DNA of 64,000 nt from Eledone cirrhosa (lineage: Eukaryota). The stretch covers positions 28,458,001 to 28,522,000 of the forward strand of contig OZ024751.1 of the NCBI GenBank assembly GCA_964016885.1, in the 5' to 3' direction. The translations under genes and the position numbers were made by a program. The notes below the pieces were generated by a model. The model had not been told where the DNA came from and did not search any database. It worked only from the letters and a program-made list of their open reading frames with translations. This document shows positions 39,258-53,420 of the stretch, piece by piece (the stretch's first letter is position 1; every line of letters starts with the position of its first letter).

Positions 39258-40224
39258 CTAGGAATATTCGACGAAAAAACATTGGCCGAAAACATTATCG
39301 GGGAAAATATATGCATAAGAAACAAATTGATTGAAAACATACTGGTCGACGAAAAGACGGAATATTTGTCGAAATATTAATATTTTTTCGAAGAAATCGA
39401 TAAAAAATAATTATACAAAAATTAATGCAATGATTTATTGGTATTTGAATCAACTGTAATAATGTTTTAAAATCTCCAAAATTTAGAAATTGTTGATATA
39501 TAAATCAGAATTAATAGATTATATATAATCTATACAATTTGTCGTCTGATTGTAAATGTTATTTCTGACAGCTATTAAATAAACATTCTTGTCACGAAAT
39601 CGCTAGTTTCCCTAAGAAAGATATATTTCACTGAAAATAATTAATTTGAGTTTGACTGCTTATTTTCTATCAAATAACTAGTATCCATTGAATTCTTCTA
39701 GTCGTGTGTGTCTATGTTAGAAATAATCGTTACTAGAGCGATAAGTGGCGTGGCGATAAAACTCAAAATTATTATTACTGCTTTTACAAATAAATAAATT
39801 AGAATATTGATATAGTTAACGGTGAAACACCCACATAAAAACACCCTCAAGACATCTTTCAAAATTAACTTTCGTCGTATTTCTATTAAGATATATATTT
39901 TTCTAGTCTAAGCATAAAAGCATTTAAAAAAGCAGCTAGCCTGTAAAGATAATAAACATTATATAAAAATATGTATCAGTCAAAAAAATAATTTGCTATT
40001 TAGTATTTTGAAATTATAGTAAGTTGTTTAAAGAAACCAATTGAAATTAAGTCACGATATATTTCTCTGTTATTCTACGAGATTTTATCTGACGGATAGT
40101 TTTCGAAAGATATTTATATATTTCATGTCGATTAATATGTTTTCAGTTAATTTCTCTTTCGACCAATATAACCTTTAACCGATTAGACTTTCGACCAATG
40201 TCTTTTCGTAGAATGTGTCGTACC
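39258..40224 (-). mobile_element. Decayed DNA transposon with about 130-bp terminal inverted repeats, possibly MULE
   Basis: 39260-39390 is the imperfect reverse complement of 40090-40224 and has TGGTCGA(A) sub-repeats. Internal minus-strand SCFFKCFYA*TRKI (about 39896-39940) resembles the MULE CxFH..Q.W.KI motif. Confidence 0.5.
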
Positions 40225-40238
40225 TCACACATATATAT

Positions 40239-40343
<105 letters not shown>

Positions 40344-40392
40344 CATACATACATACATATATATATATATATAAATACATAGATACACACAC

Positions 40393-40430
<38 letters not shown>

Positions 40431-40584
40431 ATGGATATATATGATATGCTTTCTGAAATTCTGAAGTTGATATTTGCTACATTTACTGCATTCCAAGATT
40501 GCAATTATTTGGACAATGGTAATAGTGATAATAATCCTAATAATATATTATGCCATAATAAATAAATAAATATATATATATATA

Positions 40585-40726
40585 TAACGAAGGAAATGTG
40601 GTAAGGAACCAGGTAGACCATAACGCACCAAAGTACTCAATACTTAGGGTAGTAGAGTGGGTAATAGGAACCAGTAAGACCCCGACGGCTGAGCTCAAGC
40701 CGTTTCGACGGGGTCTTACTGGTTCC

Positions 40727-40728
<2 letters not shown>
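40585..40728 (-). mobile_element. Short (TA)n-inserted repeat family A (PLE-like 3' end) with terminal inversion
   Basis: Near-identical to 51605-51740 and 58424-58542 in reverse orientation. Ends in an inverted GGGGTCTTACTGGTTCCTA. Confidence 0.75.
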
Positions 40729-40800
<72 letters not shown>

Positions 40801-40805
<5 letters not shown>

Positions 40806-40887
40806 TGGGTCGTAAAGTGTGAAATTTATAGAATTTTCTTTCTTTTCTGCAAATTTTTACAAATTTCATACTTGGCGACCCAATATA
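40801..40887. mobile_element. Tiny MITE-like fold-back, Tc1/mariner-like end
   Basis: TACACTGGGTCGTAAAGTGTGAAATTT... pairs with AAATTTCATACTTGGCGACCCAATATA. TA flanks. Confidence 0.5.
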
Positions 40888-41108
40888 TTTATTTAAGAAT
40901 TTCAAAAAATTCTTAGACACTCAATTCTTTCGGTCCATTCGTCATTCCATTGTCAATCCAAATTAAGCAAAGTAATAATAATAATAATAATAATGCTAAC
41001 TTCGTATATTCTATGTTGTTTCTTTTATTTTTTCTCTTCTTTTCGTCTTTTTCTTTATCCAACATGTTAGATTATTATGGAGGTTTGGGTGGGGTAGGGA
41101 TATAAATG

Positions 41109-41223
<115 letters not shown>

Positions 41224-41551
41224 TACCAATTACTTAGAATAAACAGCAAACATGCAAATATTTGTTGTCTGTCGAAAGTTCTCGATAAGAAATCATCGAA
41301 ATTCTCTATGAACAAAGTTATCTGAAGTAATTTGTGACCGTGGGGGAAGCAGAAAAAGAATTTCAGACAATGTCTGTCTTTTTTTTTTTCCTCATTTTTA
41401 TTCAAAGAATAGGACATTTTTTGTTTTCGTTTTTTGGTGATGGGTGTAGGTGAGGTTAGAAGGGGTAGAATTATATTAGAATTAGAGACTTCTGAAAAAA
41501 TGTAACCATTGGAAATAGCATACCTCGGTATAAGAAAAAGAGCAATGAAGA

Positions 41552-41644
<93 letters not shown>

Positions 41645-41744
41645 TATATATATATATGCGTGAAATGATCTGGAAATGCTAATCAGAGACCGCATTTAAA
41701 ATGAAAGCACTAAGAGAAAGAGACAAAGAATTGTAATGGTGTAG

Positions 41745-41812
<68 letters not shown>

Positions 41813-41899
41813 CAATAATAATAGTAATAAAAATAATAACAAACTACTGTCTGGAAAATTTAAGCAGCAAATGGGAAAAAGCTGAACTTAAAATGATGG

Positions 41900-41970
<71 letters not shown>

Positions 41971-42379
41971 TATATACACATACATATATATATATGTATA
42001 TATATATATACATATACATTATTATCGTTATTATTATTACTGTTATTATTATTAATTTTCTGCGTTTTCTTTTTGTTGTTATGATGCATGGAGAATGGTC
42101 ATGAAGAACTCAGGCGAATCAAAACGTTAAATAAAAGGGTAAAAAGAAACCAAAACAAAAACAAAATACCAAAATAAAAGAGAGAATACACACAAACACA
42201 GCAAAAGTATTATCAACTGGGTTTTGAATAAATAAATAAATATATAAATAGTTCTAAAGAGACTAAAAAAGATTCTAGGCCCAACTAACTGTAATCAGCA
42301 ACGAACCGTATAAGGAAAAAAAGAATCACTCACTATGAAGAGTTCGATTTGCATACTATATATATAGCTACTACATATA

Positions 42380-42467
<88 letters not shown>

Positions 42468-42506
42468 TATATATATATATATTATATATATATTATATAT
42501 TATATA

Positions 42507-42579
<73 letters not shown>

Positions 42580-44419
42580 TACGAACTAAACTATCATCGC
42601 ATGAAACAACAAAGCAAATAAATAAATAATAAACACGATGCAAATCTTTGAAAGAAAGATGAAATATAATTTTCTACAAACGTACATGCATATACATATA
42701 TGCAGCCATGTATATATAAATATATATATATATATATCTAAATATATATATATATATATATATATGTATACATACATAAATATATATAAATGTATACATG
42801 CTTAAGGGCATACATAATTATATACCATACAGACACACAGGCGAGGGCAGACATACTTATGTATATATATGTGTGTATATATATAGAGAGAGTACGTTTG
42901 TATGTGTGTGTCCATGTATATAAATTCTATGATTGTTGTAGAAACTCCAGAATATGGAGATTCTATAAAGGGAGATAAATATCAACAAAACAAGCAAGAT
43001 AAGGAGAAAGATAAACCAATGAAGGAAAGAGACTGGTGGCTCTCAAGTTTAATATATATATATATATATAAATATACAAATGTATATATATGGAGAGCTA
43101 TAAGTCTCTTTCCCAGATATATAAATATATATGTGTGTGTAATTGTTATTAATAGTGACTGTTTACTTCAAAGTTTCGCCGCTGTTCGTGGTTTACCAAA
43201 AACAGTCATAGAAATTCGAAGTAACAGTCACTATGATAAATAATTATTGTCTTGACTCTAAACATTGTATATGAATGTGTGAAATGAACAGTTGTTATAA
43301 TTGGAAATAAGACTTGTACTGAACCCCGCAACCCCAACCAATCTATAACAAATGCTATGATTGCTATTTATCACAGCTAGAGTAATTAGTCAGTAAATAA
43401 GTAAATGGAACGTTGATTAATTTAAGAAACTGAGAGGCTATATGAATGCATAGCGTAGTAGCCACAATAACTCAATAAGCATGAAAGTAAATAAACAACC
43501 AAATTCAATAGTAAATATCCAGAAACCATTTATTTAAGTACGACTTGTTTTTATAGGTCCAGATGTTGATTTATTTGGCTGGGATTGTGTAGGTAAATTG
43601 TTGTCTAAAATTGTCGAAATGCACGCTTTTCTACTTCATGTAAGCATTGTGATATAGAATTGGAAGACTAAAGAATAAATAATCCACAAAAGCAAAGTTA
43701 ATATTGAAATGGAGTAGAAAAACAAATGTGAAGTTAATGAAACCGAAAATATGAAAATTACATTCGCTAAATGGGCAACAGAGTGGAATAATTTCTAATA
43801 GATAATCAATTCTTAACCACTTTCCGAATGATGAAGTTCCAATTGAGAACAGACTTAAAGCTAGCCAAAGGGGATACAGTCAAAGTGCTGCTATAGCACT
43901 CACTGTTACTTTGATGCAGAATATTCGCAACTCTAAAGAATGTTTTCTGTTTCAAACCAAACGACGTAGCGAATGATACACTGTAACTTTGAGTTGCGTC
44001 GTTAAAAACAAGATGGTGGATAGATGATACAATTTTTTCCAAAACCTGTTGACGATATTACACTGAAAAAAAATGGCGCTTATTTCTGTAACGCCACCAC
44101 TAAAAAAAAAAAAAAAATAACTTCCGTTCAAGGAAGATGGCGGACACATTGCAACTGATTTCACGATATATATATATATATACATATGTACCATATATAT
44201 ATATATATATGTGTATGTATGTGTGTATATATATTTAAAGATGCAAAAATAAAAAGTGGGCACGAGATAAAAAGAAAGGTGGTGGTGGTGGTGGAGTGAG
44301 GGGGGTTATCGAAATAATCACATCACTGTAGTACCGGTTACTCACAACTCACAAAAAAGATATTTTAACACATTGTTACACTAAACTATATTCACCATTA
44401 CAAAAAAGCACACAGAAGA

Positions 44420-44479
<60 letters not shown>

Positions 44480-44988
44480 GTTTACATAATAAGTATTATA
44501 TTCTATATTTTATTTGTTTACTTTCCAGGGTTGTTGTTTTTTTGTATTAATTATTGATTTATATTTTACAAAAAAAAAATGATTTATAATTGATTAACCG
44601 ATTAGATTGCTCCAAGTTGCACTTCACTCATCTATCGTGTTTTTATTTATTTTTGTTTGTTTTTTTTCATTTATTTTTTTGTTTGTTTTTGTTCGCTTTC
44701 CGATAAAATGCCATGTCAGGCATTTTGGTAAATTGAACACAGAAAAATGTGACACCAAATTTAATCCTGTTTTGAAATTAGTTCAGTCTTTCTGCCTTTC
44801 TGACTTTCTATATGGACCATTTCTATTATATATATATATTAAACAAACATTCGTCTCATTCTGACGTCACCAGCCCTGTCTCCACATGTGCGTTTTATTT
44901 TCATAATTACGCATGATGTCGAACTAGCCTGCTTTTAAATTCTCTTTTTGGCATATTATAATTAGTGAGATTTTGGTTATCGTGTTGA

Positions 44989-45068
44989 GCTCTGCTGATG
45001 ATCGAATCCAACCGTGACCATCCCCACTGAAAGTTTCGTGAAATAGTCTTTTCAAGACTATACAGCGC
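44989..45068 (+). ncRNA. Type I hammerhead ribozyme
   Basis: GCUCUG-CUGAUGA-UCGAA...UUCGU-GAAA-UAGUCUU uuc AAGACUA-UA-CAGCGC. Stable stem III, AUA triplet. Confidence 0.78.
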
Positions 45069-45393
45069 ATTTGTAGTTTTTCCAAATTGAAGGATGAGTA
45101 TTTTAAACTTTATTTTATCATGAATTAAGGCTCTATTGATTTTTCCCTGAATTTCACTAAATTCTGTTGGATGAATCTATATCCTGATTCTTTTTCCCAC
45201 ATCTTACGTTAACTATTCTCCCATTTTGACGTTATAGTCACTTATATATTATGGAATACTGTTGGCTTCTTGCTCACAATAATTTCTATACTTTTCATTT
45301 ATATATATATACCATCAATTCCCACTACCGTTAACCTTTATTACTATATTGTACTTTTGTACTTTATAGAATAGCGGTACGATAATTGTGATG

Positions 45394-45434
<41 letters not shown>

Positions 45435-45442
45435 GTACTACT

Positions 45443-45491
<49 letters not shown>

Positions 45492-45494
<3 letters not shown>

Positions 45495-45800
45495 CAAGAG
45501 AAGGAGAGGGAGAAAATTAACCGATACCAGGACCTAAAGTGGGAGGTGAAAAGGATTTGGAACTGCCATGAAGTCAAAGTGATCCCGATTGTCATAGGCG
45601 CACTGGGGACTATCTCCAAAGGTTTCCAGGGATGGTTAAAGAAAATCGGCTCCTTCACGCTTTTTGGAACGCTTCAAAAGGCATGCTTGCTTGGAACGGC
45701 AAGAACCCTCCGATACGTCCTGAATATCTGAGGCTGCAGGTAGTGGCTTGATATTCAATCCAACGGACTTTCCAATGACTGAGATTCAAGGAATAACAAT
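45492..45800 (+). mobile_element. 5'-truncated Dong/R4-clade non-LTR retrotransposon (C-terminal restriction-like endonuclease region and 3' UTR)
   Basis: EKEREKINRYQDLKWEVKRIWN...VIPIVIGALGTI...LQKACLLGTARTLRYVL* is typical of R4/Dong C-termini. (TAA)n on both sides. Confidence 0.88.
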
Positions 45801-45961
45801 AATAATAATAATAATACTGAGAGAGAGAGAGAGAAACAAAATCTACTATGGTTACTGGAAGGTTTTGATACCAGTGGTTTCATAGAACTAGTCAGACGAT
45901 TCTCGAAACTAGACAGTGCCACGTACTGAATCTATCCATGAGTGGGTGTGCGAGTAGGCGT

Positions 45962-46042
<81 letters not shown>

Positions 46043-46094
46043 TATATATGTATATATATATATATGTATATATATATATACACATATATATATG

Positions 46095-46242
<148 letters not shown>

Positions 46243-46421
46243 TATATATATATATCAGCCGTACTAAGAGTGAGACATGAAATTTCATTTTTTCCATTTA
46301 TCGTTTTCGGTACGCCCGGCCGACTAACTCACTCGATATGCAAATTAGTCTGCTCAGCCGTTAATATGCATAAGGAAAGTATATACTTTCAAACGTTCAA
46401 TCAATTGACAGGAAGGTATAA

Positions 46422-46460
46422 GGTGCTGATGACAGCTAATAAGCTAGAAACTAGTTCATC
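46422..46460 (+). ncRNA. Minimal type I hammerhead ribozyme with palindromic stem III
   Basis: GGUG-CUGAUGA-C AGCU AAUA AGCU A-GAAA-CUAG-UU-CAUC. AACUAGUU is self-complementary (dimer-type), triplet GUU. Confidence 0.7.
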
Positions 46461-46743
46461 GTTCCTTTGTCAGTGTTGAACAAAAAGGGCAACGATGGTT
46501 GCCGAACACTGTACGGCTAATAATTCAGGCTGTTTCTTTACAAACAAACCGAGAATTATAATAAATGTTCGGTAAACCCATACGTACATATATATATATA
46601 TATATATATATATGTGCGTGCGTGCATGTATGTATGTATATACATACTACTGTGCGTCTGTATACATATATATATGTACGTATACATACTTACATTTAAG
46701 TATCAGCCGTACTAAGAGTGAGAAATGAAATTTGATTTTTTCG

Positions 46744-46807
<64 letters not shown>

Positions 46808-47057
46808 GAAAATAGAGAAATTAATGTGAGCAAGAAGCCAACAGTATTTCATAATATATAAGTGACTATAACGTCAAGATGGAAAATATTTAACGTAAGA
46901 TATGGGAAACTAATTCAATCTGAATTTTAAAAAAAGTCAAGACAGAAATTTTATCCATAGATTTTGTGAAATCCATGGAAAAAACCAATAGAGTCTTAAC
47001 TCAGAATAAAATTAAGGTTAAATACTTATCCTTCAATATGGAAAAAAAACTACAAAT

Positions 47058-47138
47058 GCTCTTTATAGTCTTAAAAAGACTATTTCACGAAACTTTTCAG
47101 TGGGGTTAGTCACGGTTGGAGTCGTTCATCAGTAGAGC
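47058..47138 (-). ncRNA. Type I hammerhead ribozyme (paralogue of 44989-45068), sense to the onecut intron
   Basis: GCUCUA-CUGAUGA-ACGA...UCGU-GAAA-UAGUC uuuuuaa GACUA-UA-AAGAGC. There is an A.A mismatch at the base of stem I. Confidence 0.75.
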
Positions 47139-47569
47139 TCAAACACGATAACCAAAATCACTGCTAAAATATACCAGAAGGGGAATTTAAAGGCAGACTA
47201 GTACACCTCGTGTGGAATTAAGAAAATAAACACACATGGACTACAGCGCTAGTGACGTCAGAATGAGACGAATGTCTGTTTACAAGAAACAGCAGTCAAA
47301 ACTTTTTTTTTTTAAAAGAACCGGGATTAGTCACAAATAATTTTAAGTACTCTAGGAAAAAATTCCGAGTATAAATATAAATGAAAATAGAGAAATTAAT
47401 GTGAGCAAGAAGCCAACAGTATTTCATAATATATAAGTGACTATAACGTCAAGATGGAAAATATTTAACGTAAGATATGGGAAAATAATTCAATCTCAAT
47501 TCAAAAAAAAGTCAAGACGGAAATTTTATCCACAGATTTTATGAAATCCAGGGAAAAAATCAATAGAGT

Positions 47570-47600
<31 letters not shown>

Positions 47601-47603
<3 letters not shown>

Positions 47604-47720
47604 CAGATTAAAGTTTAAGCAAAGAATCGCTGCTTTCACCTTCTGAAATATTTTTATATGTATACATATAATCCTTATCGAGCCCTCTGTGAATTTTAGT
47701 CTTCACATTTATTATTACTA
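47601..47720. repeat. Short TA-flanked repeat family B (also 4179-4228 and 55293-55377 in opposite orientation)
   Basis: Shared AAATGTGAAGACTAAAAT...GAGGGCTCGATAA and a common terminus in three copies. Confidence 0.65.
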
Positions 47721-47914
47721 TATGTATATACATGTGTGTGTGTGTGTAAAGTATAATGATAATATGTATTTAGCGTCACTCTATAAGAATTTCAGGGTAA
47801 CACTTCTGAAAAGAGAAGCCAATTGAATGTGTGATATGTTAATATATAGAATGTAGTCTTTGGCAAATTACTGGTTGGAATAACTCATCGTTGTATTGGC
47901 ATCAAATATACGTT

Positions 47915-47947
<33 letters not shown>

Positions 47948-48194
47948 CTGTGTTTGGCGGGTATGTTTATATCTGCAGACATTCGCACGCATACATATAT
48001 ACGTGTATATATATATATATACATCACGGGCGTTCTATCTCAAAATTATTTTTGAAAAGCATTAGAAATGCGCAACCGGTAAAAACTTAAAACTAAAACT
48101 GAATACTAACCAATACTTATTACTAATTTTTACTTATTCCTAATTAAACTATTTTTCACTGGGAACAATTTGTCAGCATTTTCTTTTCCTTTTA

Positions 48195-48294
<100 letters not shown>

Positions 48295-48344
48295 CGGCTA
48301 TTTCTGGACTAATATAATATAATATATATATATGTATATGTACA

Positions 48345-48379
<35 letters not shown>

Positions 48380-48457
48380 CGGCGATGAATTAGTTATTAA
48401 TTCTGGCAATATTACACAAATATGACCCTCCCCAAGTATAACAATATATATATATAT

Positions 48458-49876
48458 ATAGCCACAGAGACACACACACACAGCTACAGAGACACACACA
48501 CACATAGCCACAGAGACACACACACACATAGCTACAGAGACACACACACACATAGCCAGAGAGACACACACACACATAGCCACAGAGACACACACACATA
48601 GCCACAGAGACCCACACATATAGCCAGAGAGACACACACACACATAGCCAGAGAGACACACACACACATAGCCACAGAGACACACACACATAGCCACAGA
48701 GACACACACACATAGCCACAGAGACACACACACATAGCCACAGAGACACACACACACATAGCCACAGAGACACACACACATAGCCACAGAGACACACACA
48801 CACATAGCCACAGAGACACACACACACACACAGCCACAGAGACACACACACACATAGCCACAGGGACACACACACATAGCCACAGAGACCCACACATAGC
48901 CACAGAGACACACACACACACATAGCCACAGAGACACACACACACAGCCACAGAGACACACACACATAGCCAGAGACACACACACATAGCCACAGAGACC
49001 CACACACACATAGCCACAGAGACACACACACACACAGCCACAGAGACACACACACATAGCCACAGAGACACACACACATAGCCACAGAGACACACACACA
49101 CAGCCAGAGACCCACACACACACATAGCCAGAGAGACACACACACACATAGCCACAGAGACACACACACACACAGCCACAGAGACACACACACATAGCCA
49201 CAGAGACACACACACATAGCCACAGGGACACACACACATAGCCACAGAGACCCACACACACAGCCACAGAGACACACACACACATAGCCACAGAGACCCA
49301 CACACATAGCCACAGAGACACACACACATAGCCACAGAGACACACACACATAGCCACAGAGACACACACACACACAGCCACAGAGACCCACACACACAGC
49401 CACAGAGACCCACACACACACAGCCACAGAGACCCACACACACAGCCAGAGACACACACACACAGCCAGAGACCCACACACACATAGCCACAGAGACCCA
49501 CACACATAGCCACAGAGACACACACATATAGCCACAGAGACCCACACACATAGCCACAGAGACACACACATATAGCCACAGAGACCCACACACATAGCCA
49601 CAGAGACACACACACATAGCCACAGAGACCCACACATAGCCAGAGAGACACACACACACATAGCCACAGAGACACACACACACACAGCCACAGAGACCCA
49701 CACACATAGCCACAGAGACACACACACACATAGCCACAGAGACACACACACATAGCCACAGAGACCCACACACACAGCCAGAGACCCACACACACAGCCA
49801 GAGACCCACACACACAGCCAGAGACCCACACACACAGCCAGAGACCCACACACACAGCCAGAGACCCACACACACA
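48458..49876. repeat. About 1.4-kb minisatellite, unit (T/C)AGCCACAGAGA(CA)n, about 20-26 bp
   Basis: Seen directly. It produces the spurious 453-566 aa CV-rich ORFs. Confidence 0.95.
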
Positions 49877-50026
49877 TATAGACCAGCTAGCACACAGTTA
49901 AAAGCCGTCCACTCTCCTCGTTTGGAAGCGGGACTTAATGAAGCCTTTTATATGGAAAGTGGTTTTCATTAAGAGACAGTTAAAAACCTTCAACTAAACA
50001 TTGTGAAATCAATTAACACGAATTAA

Positions 50027-50630
50027 TGGTGGTGGTGGTTGTGGTGGTAGTAGTAGTGGTGGTGGTGGCGGGGTGGTGGTGGTAGTGGTGGTGGTGGTGG
50101 TGGTGGTGGTAGTAGTGGTGGTGGTGGCGGGGTGGTGGTGGTAGTGGTGGTTGTGGTGGTAGTAGTAGTGGTGGTGGTGGCGGGGTGGTGGTGGTAGTGG
50201 TGGTGGTGGTGGTGGTGGTGGTGGTAGTGGTGGTGGTGGTGGTGGTGGTGGTGGTAGTGGCGGTGGTGGTGGTAGTGGTGGTGGTAGTGGCGGTGGTGGT
50301 GGTAGTGGTGGTAGTGGTGGTGGTGGTGGTAGTGGTAGTGGTGGTGGTGGTGGTAGTAGTGGTGGTGGTAGTGGTGGTGGTAGTGGTAGTCGTGGTGGTG
50401 GTGGTAGTAGTGGCGGTAGCGGTGGTGGTGGTAGTGGTGGTGGTGGTAGTAGTGGTGGTGGTAGTGGTGGTGGTGGTGGTGGTGGTGGTAGTGGTGGTAG
50501 TGGCGGCGGTAGTAGTGGCGGTAGCGGTGGTGGTGGTGGTAATTGTGGTAGTGGCTTTGGTACTGGTGGTGATTGTGGTGGTGGTTGTGGTGGTGGTTGT
50601 GGTGGTGGCAGCGGCGGCGATTGTCATGGT
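50027..50630. repeat. (GTG/GTA)n trinucleotide tract
   Basis: Seen directly. The poly-V and poly-T ORFs are artefacts of it. Confidence 0.95.
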
Positions 50631-50661
50631 AGTGGCGCTGTCTGAATATGTGTTGTGTGTT

Positions 50662-50702
<41 letters not shown>

Positions 50703-50988
50703 TGTCTGTCTGAATATGTGTGTGTGTGTTGTGTCTCCGTGTATATATATATGTGTGTGTGTGTGTGTATGTGTGAATGTAGATATATATATGTGTGTGT
50801 GTGTGTGTGTATGTCTATCTGTGTGTGTCTGTCTCTGTGTGTGTGTGTGTGTATGTCTATCTGTGTGTGTCTGTCTCTGTGTGTGTGTGTATGTCTATCT
50901 GTGTGTGTCTGTCTCTGTGTGTGTGTGTGTGTGTATGTGTGTATGTAGATATGTGTGAGTGTGTGTGTGTGTGTGTGTGGTGTGGTGT

Positions 50989-51035
<47 letters not shown>

Positions 51036-51235
51036 CAGGATACAAAATGTCGGTCCAAAGCACATTTGGATCATACTTGTGTAAAACTGATTGGAAAAAT
51101 TATGTCAAAGGACTTCCCCCGTCGCCATTATGTCTTGAAATGATATAGAATAACGTCTTGGCGATATATCAATCTAAAAATCAATCAATCAATCAGGGTG
51201 ATATTGGCAATTGAGAAATAATCTTCTTTATTTCT

Positions 51236-51412
51236 AGAGCGGTGGATTAGCAGAATCGATAGAGCGTCGGACAACATACTTTGCGGTGTATAGTTACAAC
51301 CCTTTATGTTCTGAGTTCAAATCCCACCGAGGTTAGCTTTGCCTTTCATCCTTAAGGAGTCGATAAAATAAAGTACCAGTAACATACTGGTGCCAAAAGT
51401 AGAAATAATTAT
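51236..51412 (+). mobile_element. Main SINE, near full head and core
   Basis: GAGCGGTGGATTAGCAGAATCG...GAGTTCAAATCCCACCGAGGTTAGCTTTGCCTTTCATCC...AAGTACCAGT. Confidence 0.85.
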
Positions 51413-51514
51413 TACTTCTCTTTTCCTACTATATCAATCGTTAAACTAATATGTCTTCGTTGTACTGTGCTCTTCACATTTTCCATATATATATATATAT
51501 ATACAGAGAGAGAG

Positions 51515-51544
<30 letters not shown>

Positions 51545-51548
<4 letters not shown>

Positions 51549-51740
51549 AACCAGTAAGACCCCGACAGCTGAGCTCAAGCCGTTTCGACGGCTAATTCTG
51601 GACTCAGAATTAGCCGTCGAAACGGCTTGAGCTCAGCTGTCGGGGTCTTACTGGTTCCTATTACCCACTCTACTACCTCAAGTATTGAGTACTTTGGTGC
51701 GTTATGGTCCACCTGGTTCCTTACCACATTTCCTTCGTTA
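51545..51740 (+). mobile_element. Family A copy with a perfect 56-bp-arm palindrome
   Basis: Arms 51545-51600 and 51605-51660, loop GACT, then the tail to CCTTCGTTA(TA)n. Confidence 0.8.
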
Positions 51741-51773
51741 TATATATATATATATATACAGAGAGAGAGAGAG

Positions 51774-51829
<56 letters not shown>

Positions 51830-51940
51830 GAGAGAGAGAGATTATATATATATATATCTCTATATATATACAGAGAGAGATTATATATATCTATATATAC
51901 AGAGAGAGAGAGACATTATATATATATATATATATATATA

Positions 51941-52050
<110 letters not shown>

Positions 52051-52098
52051 ATATAGAAATGGCTTACTGTGGTTACCCCCGATTGAACCCAGGATAAA

Positions 52099-52208
<110 letters not shown>

Positions 52209-52266
52209 TGCGTGTGTGTGTGTGCGTAATATATATATTATTTTTCATTTTGTAAAAAAACCTCAC

Positions 52267-52309
<43 letters not shown>

Positions 52310-52312
<3 letters not shown>

Positions 52313-52622
52313 GATATTAATAAATGGAAACTATATTTATAAAACCATATTTATTTCATTATACATATTTCAGGGATACCAAATTAAATTATGGTATGCC
52401 TTCATCAGACAAAATACAATATATAACAGTTTTACAAATAAGCTTTGACGTATCCTATTAAAATGCACCCATTGTTTTTGGAAGCTATCCGGATATGGTT
52501 TTATAAATATAGTTTCCATTTATTAATATCGTATATCTACTCCAAATACTTGTCGAGTGCTTTATATCAGTTATAAAAATATTTACTTGTTGTATCCCAA
52601 CAATTTTAAATAGAACTTTTGC
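52310..52622. mobile_element. Penelope-like pseudo-LTR fragment with inverted partial copy, inserted in (TA)n
   Basis: About 40-bp inverted arms 52310-52350 and 52493-52533 enclose a hammerhead. The plus copy continues into a tail. TA runs on both sides. Confidence 0.68.
52352..52416 (-). ncRNA. Type I hammerhead ribozyme, sense to the onecut intron
   Basis: UAUUUUGU-CUGAUGA-AGGCAUACCA..UGGUAUCCCU-GAAA-UAUGUA-UA-AUGAAAUA. Stem I is 8 bp (2 GU), stem II pairs 9 of 10, AUA triplet. Confidence 0.8.
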
Positions 52623-52659
<37 letters not shown>

Positions 52660-52678
52660 AATGAAATTATTATCTATA

Positions 52679-52870
52679 GACGTTGACTGAGATTGAAATC
52701 CAGACCAGGTTCTCCACCGTCTCTAATACCTGCGTCCAGAAATAGCCGTCGAAACGGCTTGAGCTCTGCCGTAGGGGTCATACTTTTTCCTATTACCCAC
52801 TCTACTACCCTAAGTATTGAGTACTTTGGTGCGTTATGGTCCATCTGGTTCCTTACCACAATTCCTTCGT

Positions 52871-52872
<2 letters not shown>
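52679..52872 (+). mobile_element. Family A copy with the longest 5' extension (diverged subfamily)
   Basis: Shares TAGCCGTCGAAACGGCTTGAGCTC...CCTTCGTTA with the other copies. Confidence 0.75.
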
Positions 52873-52915
<43 letters not shown>

Positions 52916-53030
52916 GGGGGGATATAGAAAGAGAGAGTAAGGAGAGTTCTGACACACTAAGTGGCAGTTAAAAAGATAGAGAGGGGGAGATATAAAAGCA
53001 ACAAGCCAAACAAAGGCAATGTAAAGGTGA

Positions 53031-53094
<64 letters not shown>

Positions 53095-53264
53095 AAAAAG
53101 GTAGAAAGAAGGAAAGGTGGAAGGAAGGAAAAAAGGAAGAAAGAAAGAAAGGTGCAAGAAGAAAAAGAAAAAAGCTATGGCAGAGATTAAAGAATTAAGT
53201 AATAGGTGTGTGTATGATTGTGTCTGTATATGTGTGAGTCTATGGTTGTACGTACCGTCGGTAT

Positions 53265-53335
<71 letters not shown>

Positions 53336-53382
53336 GTGTGTGTGTGTGTGTGGGTGTGTGTGATTGTACGTACCGTCGGTAT

Positions 53383-53420
<38 letters not shown>

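Noticed and set aside
43140-44060. About 900 bp of complex sequence, possibly a decayed transposase
   Set aside because: No long ORF and no motif I can name.
50013-50958. Poly-Thr/His (mucin-like) and poly-Val ORFs
   Set aside because: Translation of (GTG/GTA)n and (TG)n tracts, with no supported splice context or domain.
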